NCBI GenBank assembly: GCA_965116885.1
Contig: OZ220741.1
Span: 5,440,001 to 5,504,000, forward strand
Length of the DNA stretch: 64,000 nt
From: Candidatus Latescibacterota bacterium
GTDB lineage: Bacteria > Latescibacterota > UBA2968
Reading direction: 5' to 3'
The translations under genes were made by a program, and so were the position numbers. Positions 31,642 to 42,362 of this stretch are shown in pieces. Numbering within the stretch: the stretch's first letter is position 1; each line of letters begins with the position of its first letter. The notes under the pieces were generated by a model. It worked only from the letters and a program-made list of their open reading frames with translations, did not search any database and was not told the origin of the DNA.

Positions 31642-31669
31642 AATTCTTAATTTTTAATTTTTAATTCTC
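31642..31669. repeat. Heptamer tandem repeat (AATTYTT-like) x4
   Basis: aattctt aattttt aattttt aattctc; an inverted copy lies at 58132-58159. Confidence 0.7.
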
Positions 31670-32411
31670 AAATCGCCGCGACATCGCCTGCCCAAATCTC
31701 ACTTATCTGACCGTCTGACCTGCGCAACAAAAGCTGGCCGCAGTCGCCAAATCCCGCGAGAACACCCGTTTTTACATCATCGCCCTCGCCAACCGAAATC
31801 TCCTCACCGAGATAAACACAGCGATGCTCCCACGCTGTGCGAAGAGCGGCAAAACCCTCGCTTTCCCAGCGATCAATCCACGGGGCAGTGGTCGAAAGGA
31901 TTCGCGCGAGCACCTGTTCGAGACCGTATTCGCGTCCCGTTTCAAGACGCATAGAAGTGACGGGACGGTCGATAAGAGCCGCAGTCGTCGCATCCATATT
32001 TACGTTGAGACCAATACCAACGACAATAGCCGTGCCACCGGGCTGTTTTTGGTCGCTGCGCTCGAGAAGCATACCGCAAATTTTGGCGCCGTCGATCAAA
32101 ACATCGTTGGGCCACTTGGTTCGCGTACTTATACCATAAGTTTTCAGCGCATCGGATACACCCAGAGAAATAGCAATGGGAAGGGATGTCAGTTGGGAAA
32201 ACGCGGCTCTTGTAATAAGAAGAAAGGAAAACGTCAGATTCTCATTGGCCTGCGCGATCCATTGACGCTGGTAACGTCCCCGCCCAGCGGTTTGCTCCCG
32301 CGCGGCGATGACAAAGCCAGAGGCAAGCCTCTCATCTCTATATAGACGCTGAAGAAGGTGCGTATTGGTCGAAGCGAGTTGATCGTGCCATTCGGGCGTT
32401 AGAAAATTCAT
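31668..32411 (-). CDS. birA: Biotin-protein ligase (no N-terminal HTH)
   Basis: STN, QTAGRGR, KWPND, KICGML and GIGLNV. Confidence 0.93.
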   Translation of the reverse strand: MNFLTPEWHDQLASTNTHLLQRLYRDERLASGFVIAAREQTAGRGRYQRQWIAQANENLTFSFLLITRAAFSQLTSLPIAISLGVSDALKTYGISTRTKWPNDVLIDGAKICGMLLERSDQKQPGGTAIVVGIGLNVNMDATTAALIDRPVTSMRLETGREYGLEQVLARILSTTAPWIDRWESEGFAALRTAWEHRCVYLGEEISVGEGDDVKTGVLAGFGDCGQLLLRRSDGQISEIWAGDVAAI

Positions 32412-32485
32412 AAAATAAAACCTGATCTCGTATGCTCAAGTCTATTTCATAGGACAGAACCCGTATATCTCCCCACCACCGTATC

Positions 32486-32514
32486 TTGACAATAGAATGG
32501 AAATAACACATACT
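32486..32514 (+). promoter_or_regulatory. sigma70-type promoter of the yej operon
   Basis: TTGACA-N17-CATACT. Confidence 0.55.
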
Positions 32515-32528
32515 TCAAAAGGGCAGAC

Positions 32529-32555
32529 GTAGAGGCGAACCTGTGTGTCTGTCCT
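32529..32555 (+). repeat. GTAG-type REP-like palindrome (degenerate)
   Basis: GTAGAGGCGAACCTGTGTGTCTGTCCT. Confidence 0.5.
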
Positions 32556-32588
32556 CCTTCTTGAACATTTTACAACAGGAGCCTGCTC

Positions 32589-34421
32589 ATGAAAACTATT
32601 TTATTCGCGCTGGTATTGAGTCTATGCGTTGCTTTACCCATAGCGTCAGATCAGCCCAATTACAAGGGTCACGCGATCTCAATGTACGGCGATTTGAAAT
32701 ACGGGCCTGACTTCAAACACTTCGACTATGCCAACCCCAACGCCCCCAAAGGCGGCGCTGTAAAAATGAGTGCCAGTGGCACCTATGATTGCTTGAATCA
32801 ATTCATCCTCAAGGGCGTATCGGCTTATGGATTGGGGTTGATCTACGATTCATTGACAGAGGGCTCGCTGGACGAGCCTTTTTCCGAATACGGTTTGCTC
32901 GCAGAATCGATAGAAGTGCCGCCTGATCGTTCATGGGCGCTCTTCACACTGCGCTCTGGGGCGCGCTGGCACGACGGCAAACCCATTACTCCGGAAGATG
33001 TCGTTTTTACTTTTCAAACAATTCAAACCAAAGGTAGCCCCAGATATCGCAATTATTATGCAGATATCAAACAGGTTGAAAAGATTGGCGAACGCCAGAT
33101 AAAATTCACATTTGGAGGAAAGGACAATCGGGAATTGCCCCTCATTGTCGGTCAAATGGCGATCTTGCCCAAACACTATTGGGAAGGCAAAAACTTCGAA
33201 GAAACAACACTGGAACCGCCCCTCGGCAGCGGACCTTACAAAATTGAGGCACATGACCCCGGGCGTTCGATCACATACCGACGTATCGAAAATTATTGGG
33301 GTGCAGATTTGCCATTGAACAAAGGGCGTTATAATCCAGATGTCATTCACTACGATTATTACAAAGACAGAACCGTTGCAACCGAAGCGCAAAAAGGCGG
33401 CGAATTTGATTTTGACCTGCAAAACAATTCCAAGTCGTGGGCAACAGCGTACGATATTCCGGCTGTAGCCGAAGGCAGATTGATAAAGGAATTAATCCCG
33501 CACGAAAATGGCACCGGGATGCAGGGATTCTGGTTTAACACGCGACGCAGCAAATTTGCCGATCCCAAAGTGCGACACGCCCTGGCTTATGCATTTGATT
33601 TTGCGTGGACCAATACCAATCTATTTTACGGACAATACGCGCGTTCGACGAGTTATTTTTCCAACACAGAACTCGCCTCGTCGGGACTGCCCCAGGGACA
33701 GGAACTCGAAATATTAGAAGCATTTCGCGGACAGATACCCGAGGAAGTATTTACTGCAGAATACAAACCGCCCACAACAGATGGATCGGGCAATATTCGC
33801 CAGAATTTGCGCATAGCCACACGGATGTTAAAAGCAGCCGGGTGGTCCGTAAAAGAAGGGAAGCTTACCAACGATACATCGGGCGAAACCATGATAATTG
33901 AATTTTTAATTAACAATTCGCCCTCCTGGGAGCGCATTGTAGGTCCGTACATTCAAAACCTGGAGCGGCTCGGTGTGGAAGCAACAATTAAAATTGTAGA
34001 TACATCGCAATATCAAAATCGCATTCAAGAATACGATTTTGATGCTATTGTAAGCCTCAGAGCACAGTCGCTAAGCCCCGGCAATGAACAGCGCTATTAT
34101 TGGACATCGGCAGCTGCGGATGAACCCGGTACGAGAAATTATGCGGGCATTAAAGATCCCGTCGTAGATGCGCTGGTAGATCAGCTAATCAACGCACCCG
34201 ATAGAAAAACCCTCGTGGCGACCACCCGGGCACTGGATCGCGCCCTCTTGTGGGGTCACTACGTAGTGCCGCATTGGCATATCCGCGCGCACCGCGTAGT
34301 GTACTGGAACAAATTTGGCAAACCCGATATTTCGCCCAAATACATGCCGCAACCCTGGCTGTATTTTCCCGATACATGGTGGGTTGATGCTGCAAAAGAA
34401 GAGGCATTAAAGAAAAATTAA
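32589..34421 (+). CDS. yejA: ABC peptide transporter substrate-binding protein
   Basis: Signal peptide; [28 protein letters not shown] and SPGNEQ. Confidence 0.9.
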   Translation: MKTILFALVLSLCVALPIASDQPNYKGHAISMYGDLKYGPDFKHFDYANPNAPKGGAVKMSASGTYDCLNQFILKGVSAYGLGLIYDSLTEGSLDEPFSEYGLLAESIEVPPDRSWALFTLRSGARWHDGKPITPEDVVFTFQTIQTKGSPRYRNYYADIKQVEKIGERQIKFTFGGKDNRELPLIVGQMAILPKHYWEGKNFEETTLEPPLGSGPYKIEAHDPGRSITYRRIENYWGADLPLNKGRYNPDVIHYDYYKDRTVATEAQKGGEFDFDLQNNSKSWATAYDIPAVAEGRLIKELIPHENGTGMQGFWFNTRRSKFADPKVRHALAYAFDFAWTNTNLFYGQYARSTSYFSNTELASSGLPQGQELEILEAFRGQIPEEVFTAEYKPPTTDGSGNIRQNLRIATRMLKAAGWSVKEGKLTNDTSGETMIIEFLINNSPSWERIVGPYIQNLERLGVEATIKIVDTSQYQNRIQEYDFDAIVSLRAQSLSPGNEQRYYWTSAAADEPGTRNYAGIKDPVVDALVDQLINAPDRKTLVATTRALDRALLWGHYVVPHWHIRAHRVVYWNKFGKPDISPKYMPQPWLYFPDTWWVDAAKEEALKKN

Positions 34422-34426
34422 GTGTC

Positions 34427-35533
34427 ATGGGATCCTATATATTAAGACGCTTTTTGCTATTCTTCCCAACGCTACTCGGCGTCATGGTGATCAATTTTCT
34501 GATCATTCAAGCCGCGCCCGGTGGGCCTGTTGAGCAAGCCATCGCACAGATACAGGGCCACGATGTGGATGCGTCTGCCCGCGTAGGCGGCGATGGGGGA
34601 GAACTATCCTCATCTCAAACCCCGCGACAGCGCAGTGAAGGATCAACGAGTAAATACCGCGGCGCGCAAGGGCTTGACCCCGAACTAATCGCGGAATTGG
34701 AGCGGATGTATGGCTTTGACAAACCGGCTCATGAACGCTTCTATCAGATGATCGTGCGCTATTTGCAATTCGATTTTGGCGAGAGTTTTTATCGCGACCA
34801 AACCGTTGTCGATATCGTCCTGGACAAAATGCCCGTATCGATCTCCCTCGGCTTATGGACGACATTGCTCGTTTATCTCATCTCCATTCCACTGGGCGTG
34901 ACCAAAGCCGTGCGCGACGGATCCAAATTCGACATATGGACATCGGGCGTGATCGTCATAGGCAATGCCGTGCCCGGATTTATGTTTGCAATCTTCTTAA
35001 TCGTATTATTTGCCGGTGGCAGTTATTTCGACCTTTTTCCACTGCGGGGATTGACCTCCCCCGAATGGGATCAGTTTGGCCTATTTCACAAAATCACCGA
35101 TTATTTTTGGCACCTCGCACTGCCCATCGCCTCCATGGTAATCGGTGGATTTGCCGGGTTGACCCTCTTGACAAAAAATTCGTTTCTGGACGAAATCAAC
35201 AAACAATACGTCATGACGGCACGGGCAAAGGGATTGGAAGAGCGTCGCGTATTGTACGGACACATTTTTCGCAACGCGATGCTCATTGTGATCGCGGGGT
35301 TCCCCAGCGCATTTGTCAACATCTTGTTCACGGGTTCACTACTGACCGAGATAATCTTTTCGCTCGACGGCCTGGGCCTCCTGGGCTATGAAGCCACAGT
35401 CAACCGCGATTACCCGATCATGTTTGCCACACTTTACTTTTTTACCTTGCTGGGATTGGTGATGCAATTGGTAAGCGACCTGACCTACACACTGGTAGAT
35501 CCGAGGATTGATTTTGAAAGCAGAGAAGTGTAG
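34427..35533 (+). CDS. yejB: ABC peptide transporter permease
   Basis: [25 protein letters not shown] and VDPRIDFE. Confidence 0.92.
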   Translation: MGSYILRRFLLFFPTLLGVMVINFLIIQAAPGGPVEQAIAQIQGHDVDASARVGGDGGELSSSQTPRQRSEGSTSKYRGAQGLDPELIAELERMYGFDKPAHERFYQMIVRYLQFDFGESFYRDQTVVDIVLDKMPVSISLGLWTTLLVYLISIPLGVTKAVRDGSKFDIWTSGVIVIGNAVPGFMFAIFLIVLFAGGSYFDLFPLRGLTSPEWDQFGLFHKITDYFWHLALPIASMVIGGFAGLTLLTKNSFLDEINKQYVMTARAKGLEERRVLYGHIFRNAMLIVIAGFPSAFVNILFTGSLLTEIIFSLDGLGLLGYEATVNRDYPIMFATLYFFTLLGLVMQLVSDLTYTLVDPRIDFESREV

Positions 35534-35556
35534 GGACAGTGCCCCCGTGCCTGTCC
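35530..35556 (+). repeat. GTAG-type REP-like palindrome
   Basis: GTAGGGACAGTGCCCCCGTGCCTGTCC. Confidence 0.55.
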
Positions 35557-35591
35557 ACTGTAACATCTTTCTGCGATATCGAGAATAAACT

Positions 35592-36680
35592 ATGGATAAA
35601 CAGGATCTTGTGCGCGAAGATCAATTTCTGGGTTTTCGAATCTCGAGTCTCACGCGCCGACGCCTGGACAATTTTAAGGCAAATCGACGCGGCTATTACA
35701 GCCTGTGGATATTTCTCGTCCTGTTCGGGTTGAGCTTGCCCGCAGAATTTATCGCCAATGACAAACCCCTTTTGGTTCGACACAAGGGGGCGTTTTATTT
35801 TCCAGTATTAAAAGCCTACCCCGAAACGCTTTTTGGCGGCGACTTTGAAACCGAAGCTGAGTACCGAGATCCATTTGTAACAGAATTAATTGAAAAAGAC
35901 GGATGGATCATCTGGCCTCTGGTGCCATTTCGCTACGATACGATCAACTACGACCTCAAGCATCCAGCCCCTGCACCACCTTCTATACAAAACTATCTGG
36001 GCACCGATGATCAGGCACGCGATGTAACCTCGCGATTGCTCTACGGATTTCGGTTATCGGTCTTATTTGCCCTCGCGCTCACGGTATTCAGTTCCATAGT
36101 AGGCATTGCAGCCGGGGCCGTACAAGGTTATTTGGGGGGGTGGGTCGATCTTATTTTTCAAAGATTTATCGAAATTTGGGGCGGGTTGCCCACCCTGTTT
36201 ATCCTCATTATTATCGCCAGCATTATTGAGCCAACTTTCTGGACGCTCTTGCTGATTATGCTGCTATTCTCCTGGATGCGCCTCGTCGGCGTGGTGCGAG
36301 CCGAGTTCTTGCGGGCGCGCAATTTTGATTTTGTACGCGCCGCACGCGCTCTGGGTGTCAATGACTTGACAATTATGTGGCGGCACGTTTTGCCCAATGC
36401 CATGGTGGCAACCCTGACCTTCTTGCCCTTTGTACTGGTGGGATCTGTCACGGTATTGACCTCGCTGGACTTTCTCGGTTTTGGCCTTCCGCCCCCCTCT
36501 CCCTCGCTGGGAGAATTGCTCAATCAGGGCAAGCGCAATCTGCAGGCTCCCTGGCTGGGTCTATCCGGATTTTTTGTCCTGGCAATTATGTTATCGCTAC
36601 TTGTATTTATCGGCGAGGCCGTGCGCGATGCGTTTGATGTCCGCAAGACCCTGTCGCAAACGGAGGGTAAGAGCGCGTGA
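35592..36680 (+). CDS. yejE: ABC peptide transporter permease
   Basis: FKANRRG, LGTDDQARD, RAARALG and GEAVRDAFD. Confidence 0.92.
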   Translation: MDKQDLVREDQFLGFRISSLTRRRLDNFKANRRGYYSLWIFLVLFGLSLPAEFIANDKPLLVRHKGAFYFPVLKAYPETLFGGDFETEAEYRDPFVTELIEKDGWIIWPLVPFRYDTINYDLKHPAPAPPSIQNYLGTDDQARDVTSRLLYGFRLSVLFALALTVFSSIVGIAAGAVQGYLGGWVDLIFQRFIEIWGGLPTLFILIIIASIIEPTFWTLLLIMLLFSWMRLVGVVRAEFLRARNFDFVRAARALGVNDLTIMWRHVLPNAMVATLTFLPFVLVGSVTVLTSLDFLGFGLPPPSPSLGELLNQGKRNLQAPWLGLSGFFVLAIMLSLLVFIGEAVRDAFDVRKTLSQTEGKSA

Positions 36681-38302
36681 GCTTGTTAGACGTTCAAAAT
36701 TTGGGCGTGCATTTTCAACTCGAAGACCAGGTCGTCGAAGCTGTACGCGGCGTATCGTTTCACATTGAAAAAGGTGAAACCGTCGCACTCGTAGGCGAAT
36801 CGGGATCGGGCAAATCCGTCTCGGCACTTTCCGTAATGCAATTGCTGCCCTATCCGCGCGCCTCGCATCCACACGGCAGCGTACAATTTGACGGAGAGGA
36901 AATGCTGGGCGCGTCGCAAGACCGACTGCAACAACTGCGCGGCGACCGCATTGCGATGATTTTTCAGGAGCCGATGACCTCACTGAATCCGCTGCATACA
37001 ATTGAGAAACAGATCGGCGAAACCCTGATGTTGCACCGCAAAATGACGCGAGAGCAAGCGCGTGAACACACGATAGACTTATTGCAAAAAGTACACTTGC
37101 CCGATCCCGAAACGCGCCTCAAATCCTATCCCCACCAGCTATCGGGTGGTCAGCGACAACGCGTAATGATCGCCATGGCCCTGGCCAATGAGCCGGATTT
37201 GCTCATTGCCGATGAGCCTACAACTGCGCTGGATGTGACCATCCAGGCACAAATTTTGAAATTGCTCAAAGACCTGCAAGATGAATTTGGCATGGCAATT
37301 TTGCTCATCACGCACGACCTGACAATCGTGCGGCATGTAGCGGATCGCGTTTATGTAATGACCCAGGGAAAAATTGTAGAAGAAGGAGACACCGCGCGCA
37401 TCTTCGATCAGCCGCAACACATCTATACACAAAAACTTCTAAATGCACAGCCAAAGGGGACGGCATCCGCGCTGAATGGATCGGCACCCATTGTGGTCGA
37501 GGCGGATAATCTGAAAGTGTGGTTCCCCATTCAGCGGGGATTGTTGCGGCGAACCATCGGGCATATAAAAGCCGTAGATGGCATTTCAGTAACCATTCGC
37601 GCCGGACATACCGTCGGCGTTGTCGGCGAATCCGGATCGGGCAAAACAACATTGGGATTGGCCCTGTTGCGATTGCTGAGCAGTCAGGGACCGATTGAGT
37701 TTAATGGACAGGGCATTCAGAACCTGCCGGGCAAAGTACTCCGCCCCTTGAGGCGAGAGATGCAAATTGTTTTTCAAGACCCCTTCGGGTCCTTAAGCCC
37801 CCGCCTATCGGTCTTTCACATTATCGCCGAGGGGTTGCGGGTTCACAACATGGGAGACAGCGATCACAAACGCCGAGACCTCGTAGCAGAAATAATGGAT
37901 GAAGTCGGGCTTGAACCCGAAATGATGGACCGGTTTCCACACGAGTTCTCTGGCGGCCAACGGCAGCGCATTGCCATCGCACGCGCCATGGTATTGCGCC
38001 CCCAATTTGTGGTCCTGGACGAACCCACAAGTGCGCTGGACATGACCGTACAGTCCCAAATCATCGACTTGCTCCGGCGCTTGCAAAAAGACCACGATCT
38101 GGCTTATTTATTCATCAGCCACGACCTGCGGGTCGTGCGCGCACTCGCCAATGAACTCGTCGTAATGAAGGACGGCGTCGTTGTAGAACACGGCGCCACA
38201 GAAACCGTATTTGCAAATCCACAAACAGATTATACGCGGGAATTGATTACAGCGGCATTTGATATTGATGTTGTTGAAAGAGACACAGATGGAGGCGGAT
38301 GA
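36677..38302 (+). CDS. yejF: ABC peptide transporter, fused double ATPase
   Basis: Two GESGSGK Walker A motifs, [16 protein letters not shown] and DEPT. Confidence 0.93.
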   Translation: MSLLDVQNLGVHFQLEDQVVEAVRGVSFHIEKGETVALVGESGSGKSVSALSVMQLLPYPRASHPHGSVQFDGEEMLGASQDRLQQLRGDRIAMIFQEPMTSLNPLHTIEKQIGETLMLHRKMTREQAREHTIDLLQKVHLPDPETRLKSYPHQLSGGQRQRVMIAMALANEPDLLIADEPTTALDVTIQAQILKLLKDLQDEFGMAILLITHDLTIVRHVADRVYVMTQGKIVEEGDTARIFDQPQHIYTQKLLNAQPKGTASALNGSAPIVVEADNLKVWFPIQRGLLRRTIGHIKAVDGISVTIRAGHTVGVVGESGSGKTTLGLALLRLLSSQGPIEFNGQGIQNLPGKVLRPLRREMQIVFQDPFGSLSPRLSVFHIIAEGLRVHNMGDSDHKRRDLVAEIMDEVGLEPEMMDRFPHEFSGGQRQRIAIARAMVLRPQFVVLDEPTSALDMTVQSQIIDLLRRLQKDHDLAYLFISHDLRVVRALANELVVMKDGVVVEHGATETVFANPQTDYTRELITAAFDIDVVERDTDGGG

Positions 38303-38363
38303 TAGGCTTTAGAAAGGTAATAGCGCAACCATCCCCGTCTCTCAAAAACTATCGAACATCTAT

Positions 38364-40196
38364 TTAGCCGCCAAAATAATCGATAACAATTTCGGCCATC
38401 TTTTTCGAAGCCTCATTGTTCTGAATATCTACGACTGATATAGCGTGTTTTCTTCCAAGAGCATCCACTCTATCCCTATTATTTTCTACAACGAGCAAAA
38501 TCGTAGCAGATTGACCCATTATACGCAGTGCCTCTATCGCATCTTGAATATAGGCATCCGAATCACAGGCATTGACAATTAAGATAGAGGCATCCGGTTT
38601 CAGCCCCATCAAGAGACCAATGGATTGAAAAAGCGAAAGGTGGGGGCTATAAATATCATCAGGAATTATTGTTGATCGGGCCGAAAACAAAACGAGATCA
38701 GGCCGCTTTGTGCGGTATAGTTCGTGTAAATTGTAGCTGAGATATGATGTATAGTGCTGCTCAGACATCTCGAGTTTATCTGCCGAATCAATTGGAAATA
38801 CGAAATCCAAATTGAAGAGGTCTGCATATCTCTCTGTTCCAATCTGACTCACTTTATATCCTATTTGAGTAAGCTCTTTGAACAACTTGATCTGAATGCG
38901 AAATGTATCACAATGTGCCTGTGTGCCAAAAATACCTATGACTGGCACATCCACAGCTTGAAAATAAAAATAGCCGTTGGCAACATCCTCTATGTTCAAT
39001 TGAGGATTGAATATCTTTAACCCCTTTTTATTTGCTATCGCAAAGAGATCGTGATTGTATTTGGGTGGCAAACAACTGAAAATGTTGACATTATTTGCTA
39101 AAGTACGATACATAACTTCAGTCAATACATCTCGCCGGACAACGCGACTCAACGGACTCATATCGCCTATGATGAGCGTGTCGGCATTTTTCAGCACATC
39201 CCGAAGACACGCGCTTAGTTCAGAATCTAAGAGGACCGCTCGACCACTGCCATCATATCTAAACAGTCTCTCTTCCAGTGGATCGACAACACGATGTATA
39301 TCGAACTCGAGTAAATCCTCAAAACGCTCTATATTTTTCAGCTCTTTGTGAATCGCAAACAGGGTTGCTCGCCTAATACAAGGATATTGTTGAATCTCTT
39401 TTCTTTTTTTTTGTGATATTGGTTTTTCAGTAATTGGTAATACGACATCATTTTGAATTGATTCTACAGGTTCCGGAAGGGATTGCAGCGATAGAATTTC
39501 CCTTGTCGCATTTAGAGAGGCGCAAGGGTAAATTTGCCGAATCAAACAGACGATCCCTGCAATACGAGATGCGGCAAAACTCGATCCTGCCGTAATGACT
39601 TTAGACGAATTTTTCCAACACAAAATCTGTTCGCCGCCATGCGCGACACATTCAATGTGATTATTTTTTCGGAAATAATAATCATTGAGCTTTTGCAGCG
39701 GCTTTCCCTGCACGCCAATGACATCTGGGAAAATAGCTGGATAACTTTCGATTCCTCTGTTGTGAGCTGCTGCAACGAGAATGATATCTTCTTGGGCAGC
39801 TTGCCGACACAATTCTTGGATAGGCTCAAAATACTGACGATCCGTTGTGCCCAAACTCAAATTGACAACATCTATCCCGCGATCTATGACCCACTGCAAA
39901 GCTGCTATTAACAATTTGCCATCCGCAACCAAAGATTGTTCGAAAATGCGGATAATATAGATTTCAGCATCAGGCGCGATTTGGCGAATGATTCCCGTGC
40001 AAGCAGTGCCATGGCCTGATCGATCCGCATAATCAGTTCCCCAAATAATCTGTCCATCGGAATCTATTTTGATATCCATACCCTGAGTAATAGATCCGAT
40101 TTCGGGATGTTCATAATCGACCCCACTATCGATGATTGCTATTTTGACGTCCTGCCCCGTCAATCTGCCAAAATCCAGCTTATCCGTGTCCTCCAT
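38364..40196 (-). CDS. Cytoplasmic S8 (subtilisin-like) protease fused to a DUF1611/TIGR04066-like C-terminal domain
   Basis: IIDSG, HGTAC, NLSLG, AAAHN and GSSFAA; C-terminal VPVIGIFGT...GYKVSQIGTERYADLF; no signal peptide. Confidence 0.8.
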   Translation of the reverse strand: MEDTDKLDFGRLTGQDVKIAIIDSGVDYEHPEIGSITQGMDIKIDSDGQIIWGTDYADRSGHGTACTGIIRQIAPDAEIYIIRIFEQSLVADGKLLIAALQWVIDRGIDVVNLSLGTTDRQYFEPIQELCRQAAQEDIILVAAAHNRGIESYPAIFPDVIGVQGKPLQKLNDYYFRKNNHIECVAHGGEQILCWKNSSKVITAGSSFAASRIAGIVCLIRQIYPCASLNATREILSLQSLPEPVESIQNDVVLPITEKPISQKKRKEIQQYPCIRRATLFAIHKELKNIERFEDLLEFDIHRVVDPLEERLFRYDGSGRAVLLDSELSACLRDVLKNADTLIIGDMSPLSRVVRRDVLTEVMYRTLANNVNIFSCLPPKYNHDLFAIANKKGLKIFNPQLNIEDVANGYFYFQAVDVPVIGIFGTQAHCDTFRIQIKLFKELTQIGYKVSQIGTERYADLFNLDFVFPIDSADKLEMSEQHYTSYLSYNLHELYRTKRPDLVLFSARSTIIPDDIYSPHLSLFQSIGLLMGLKPDASILIVNACDSDAYIQDAIEALRIMGQSATILLVVENNRDRVDALGRKHAISVVDIQNNEASKKMAEIVIDYFGG

Positions 40197-40214
40197 TAAA
40201 ACCTCATCGGTTGA

Positions 40215-41918
40215 TCATCCATAAAGCTGACTATACACTTTACCATGATGTATAAGTTCATCATGAGTGCCTTGTTCCGCCACCCGATGATCTTCAATGA
40301 CCAGGATATGATCCGCATGTCTGATTGTTGAAAGTCTATGAGAAATAATAATCGTTGTTTTCTCTTTCCTGATCTCTTGTAAAGCTTGTAGAATTTTTGT
40401 TTCAGATTCCGTATCCAGGGCTGAAGTCGCTTCATCCAGAATCAGAATGGGTGTATTGCGAAGAATGGCTCTGGCGATCACGATCCTCTGTTTCTGTCCC
40501 TGTGACAACTGCGCGCCTCGTTCTCCCACCTGGGTCTCATACCCTTCTGAAAATTCTTGGATGAAATCATGGGCATGTGCCAACCTTGCTGCCTTCTCTA
40601 CTTGCCACGTTTCCACTCTTTTATTTCCCACGGATATATTTTCAAATACCGAGCCGTAAAACAAAAATGGATCCTGCTGCACAAGCCCAATTTGTCCTCT
40701 CAGAGATGAGAGCCTCATCTGTCTTATATCATATCCATCAATAGTAATAGCACCTGCCTGAGGATCGTAAAATCTCGGGATCAATTGGACGAATGTCGTT
40801 TTGCCATTGCCACTTTTTCCCACAATAGCTGTAGTCTTTCCTCTCTCAATCTCGACAGTGACATCGCTGATAACGGATTGTGATTCTCTATATGAAAAAG
40901 ACACATTGCGAAATTCAATGTGTCCTTCAAGTGGAGGGCCTTCGGGTAATTCTGGAGTCTCTTTTATCTCTGGAACAATGTGGTGAACCTCGAGAAAGCG
41001 ATCAATGTGGACAATAACCGTGCGAAAGTCCATCAGGAGACTCAGCAAACCTTGCATTGGGCCGGAGAGGTAGCCTACATAAGCAGTAAACGCCAAATAG
41101 CTACCCAGACTCATATCACCAGAGAGAATCTGCGTCCAGCCATACCAGCCATACAAAAGCGTCCCACCAGCATGAAGGGCATTAATTAGAAAGCCCGATG
41201 CACCCTGCCAGCAATACATGTTCAGTCGTATCCTTGCTGCTCCTATGGTGGGGTTCTTGATTCGCGAAAACATATAATCTTCGATATTCAAAGCCTGGAT
41301 GGTTCTGATCCCCGAAATAAACTCGATCCTCTTTGCAGAGGCTTCGGCAGTTGTTTCAGCAATTTCTCTGGTTTTTTTAGCCGTATATTTCGACATGAAC
41401 CACGATATCACAGCATCAAATGGCAATACTGCCATACTCAGCAAAGCCAACTTCCAGTTCATGTAGAACAAGATAGGTGGAAACAAGAGCAGCGTCCCCA
41501 CGCTCATAAACGTTGTGCCAATGATACCCATAATTCCAGCTACTGATGATAGGGCATCTCGTGATCTCGATATAATCTCACCGGCTTCTCTCTGATCGAA
41601 AAAACTGAAATTGAGGTATCCGATATGATGATAAAATCCCAGCCCCGTTTTGAGACTTAATCTCATGTTGAGATTATCAGAAAAATATTCATTTAGTGAA
41701 GATATCAGATTGGAAAAAATAGAAATAAAGGCTGTGGAGACGAGAACGACATAAAGTAAGTTTGCGTCTTTGGTGTGATAGACATTATCGATGAGAACTT
41801 TTGTAAAGTAGGGTGGGAGAAGAGAGAAGAAAATCAGAAAGGCACTGACAAACAATGTCTGTATGATCATCTTTCGATGTCCACGCAGCAATAATAAGAT
41901 ATGGGCAAGCTTCTGCAA
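40215..41918 (-). CDS. ABC exporter (TMD plus NBD) lacking a C39 peptidase domain
   Basis: About 6 TMs, GKSGNGKT, LSQGQKQR, LDEATSALD and HRLSTI; TTG start with SD AGGAGG. Confidence 0.92.
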   Translation of the reverse strand: MQKLAHILLLLRGHRKMIIQTLFVSAFLIFFSLLPPYFTKVLIDNVYHTKDANLLYVVLVSTAFISIFSNLISSLNEYFSDNLNMRLSLKTGLGFYHHIGYLNFSFFDQREAGEIISRSRDALSSVAGIMGIIGTTFMSVGTLLLFPPILFYMNWKLALLSMAVLPFDAVISWFMSKYTAKKTREIAETTAEASAKRIEFISGIRTIQALNIEDYMFSRIKNPTIGAARIRLNMYCWQGASGFLINALHAGGTLLYGWYGWTQILSGDMSLGSYLAFTAYVGYLSGPMQGLLSLLMDFRTVIVHIDRFLEVHHIVPEIKETPELPEGPPLEGHIEFRNVSFSYRESQSVISDVTVEIERGKTTAIVGKSGNGKTTFVQLIPRFYDPQAGAITIDGYDIRQMRLSSLRGQIGLVQQDPFLFYGSVFENISVGNKRVETWQVEKAARLAHAHDFIQEFSEGYETQVGERGAQLSQGQKQRIVIARAILRNTPILILDEATSALDTESETKILQALQEIRKEKTTIIISHRLSTIRHADHILVIEDHRVAEQGTHDELIHHGKVYSQLYG

Positions 41919-41965
41919 GAAAACCTCCTAACACTGCCAAAAATCCCATCCTAACCTGAAAAAGG

Positions 41966-42349
41966 TCATTTGATTTTTTCATCCTTCGTATCAGTTTCAG
42001 TCTTAGTCTCAAGGGTATCCATGTATCTATGAGCCATATCCCATACCAGGTATGTCAGCATCTCTTCCCAAATTTCACCCACTTCCTCCTTCTGGATTTC
42101 ACTCTGAATTTCACTCTGGGTAATAACCAAATTGTGAACAAGCGTGGTATCTGTATAGGTTGTATCTCGACCATCGTTTGTAATTTTACCCCGCATTACA
42201 GTACCACTGACTCTGACAGAATCTACATGATGTGCTATAGTCATATTCTCAAGCCTTACCACTATGATACCCGATGAATCATGATCATCGCAACTACCAA
42301 GCAGAACTAAACCAGCGATCATATATAGAATAGATATTCGTTTCCGCCT
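41966..42349 (-). CDS. Small predicted lipoprotein, paralogue of the 44587-44910 core; the homologous start codon reads AGG (first in-frame ATG at 42322)
   Basis: SD GAGGAG 7 nt before AGG; (R)RKRISILYMIAGLVLLGSC lipobox; DSVRVSGTVMRGKI, DTT and VGEIW similarity. Confidence 0.7.
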   Translation of the reverse strand, partial: RRKRISILYMIAGLVLLGSCDDHDSSGIIVVRLENMTIAHHVDSVRVSGTVMRGKITNDGRDTTYTDTTLVHNLVITQSEIQSEIQKEEVGEIWEEMLTYLVWDMAHRYMDTLETKTETDTKDEKIK

Positions 42350-42362
42350 GCTTAATCTCCTC

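Noticed and set aside
32589..38302. yejABEF as a functional part of the adjacent peptide island
   Set aside because: Host-like composition, convergent orientation and common housekeeping operon; adjacency alone is not evidence.
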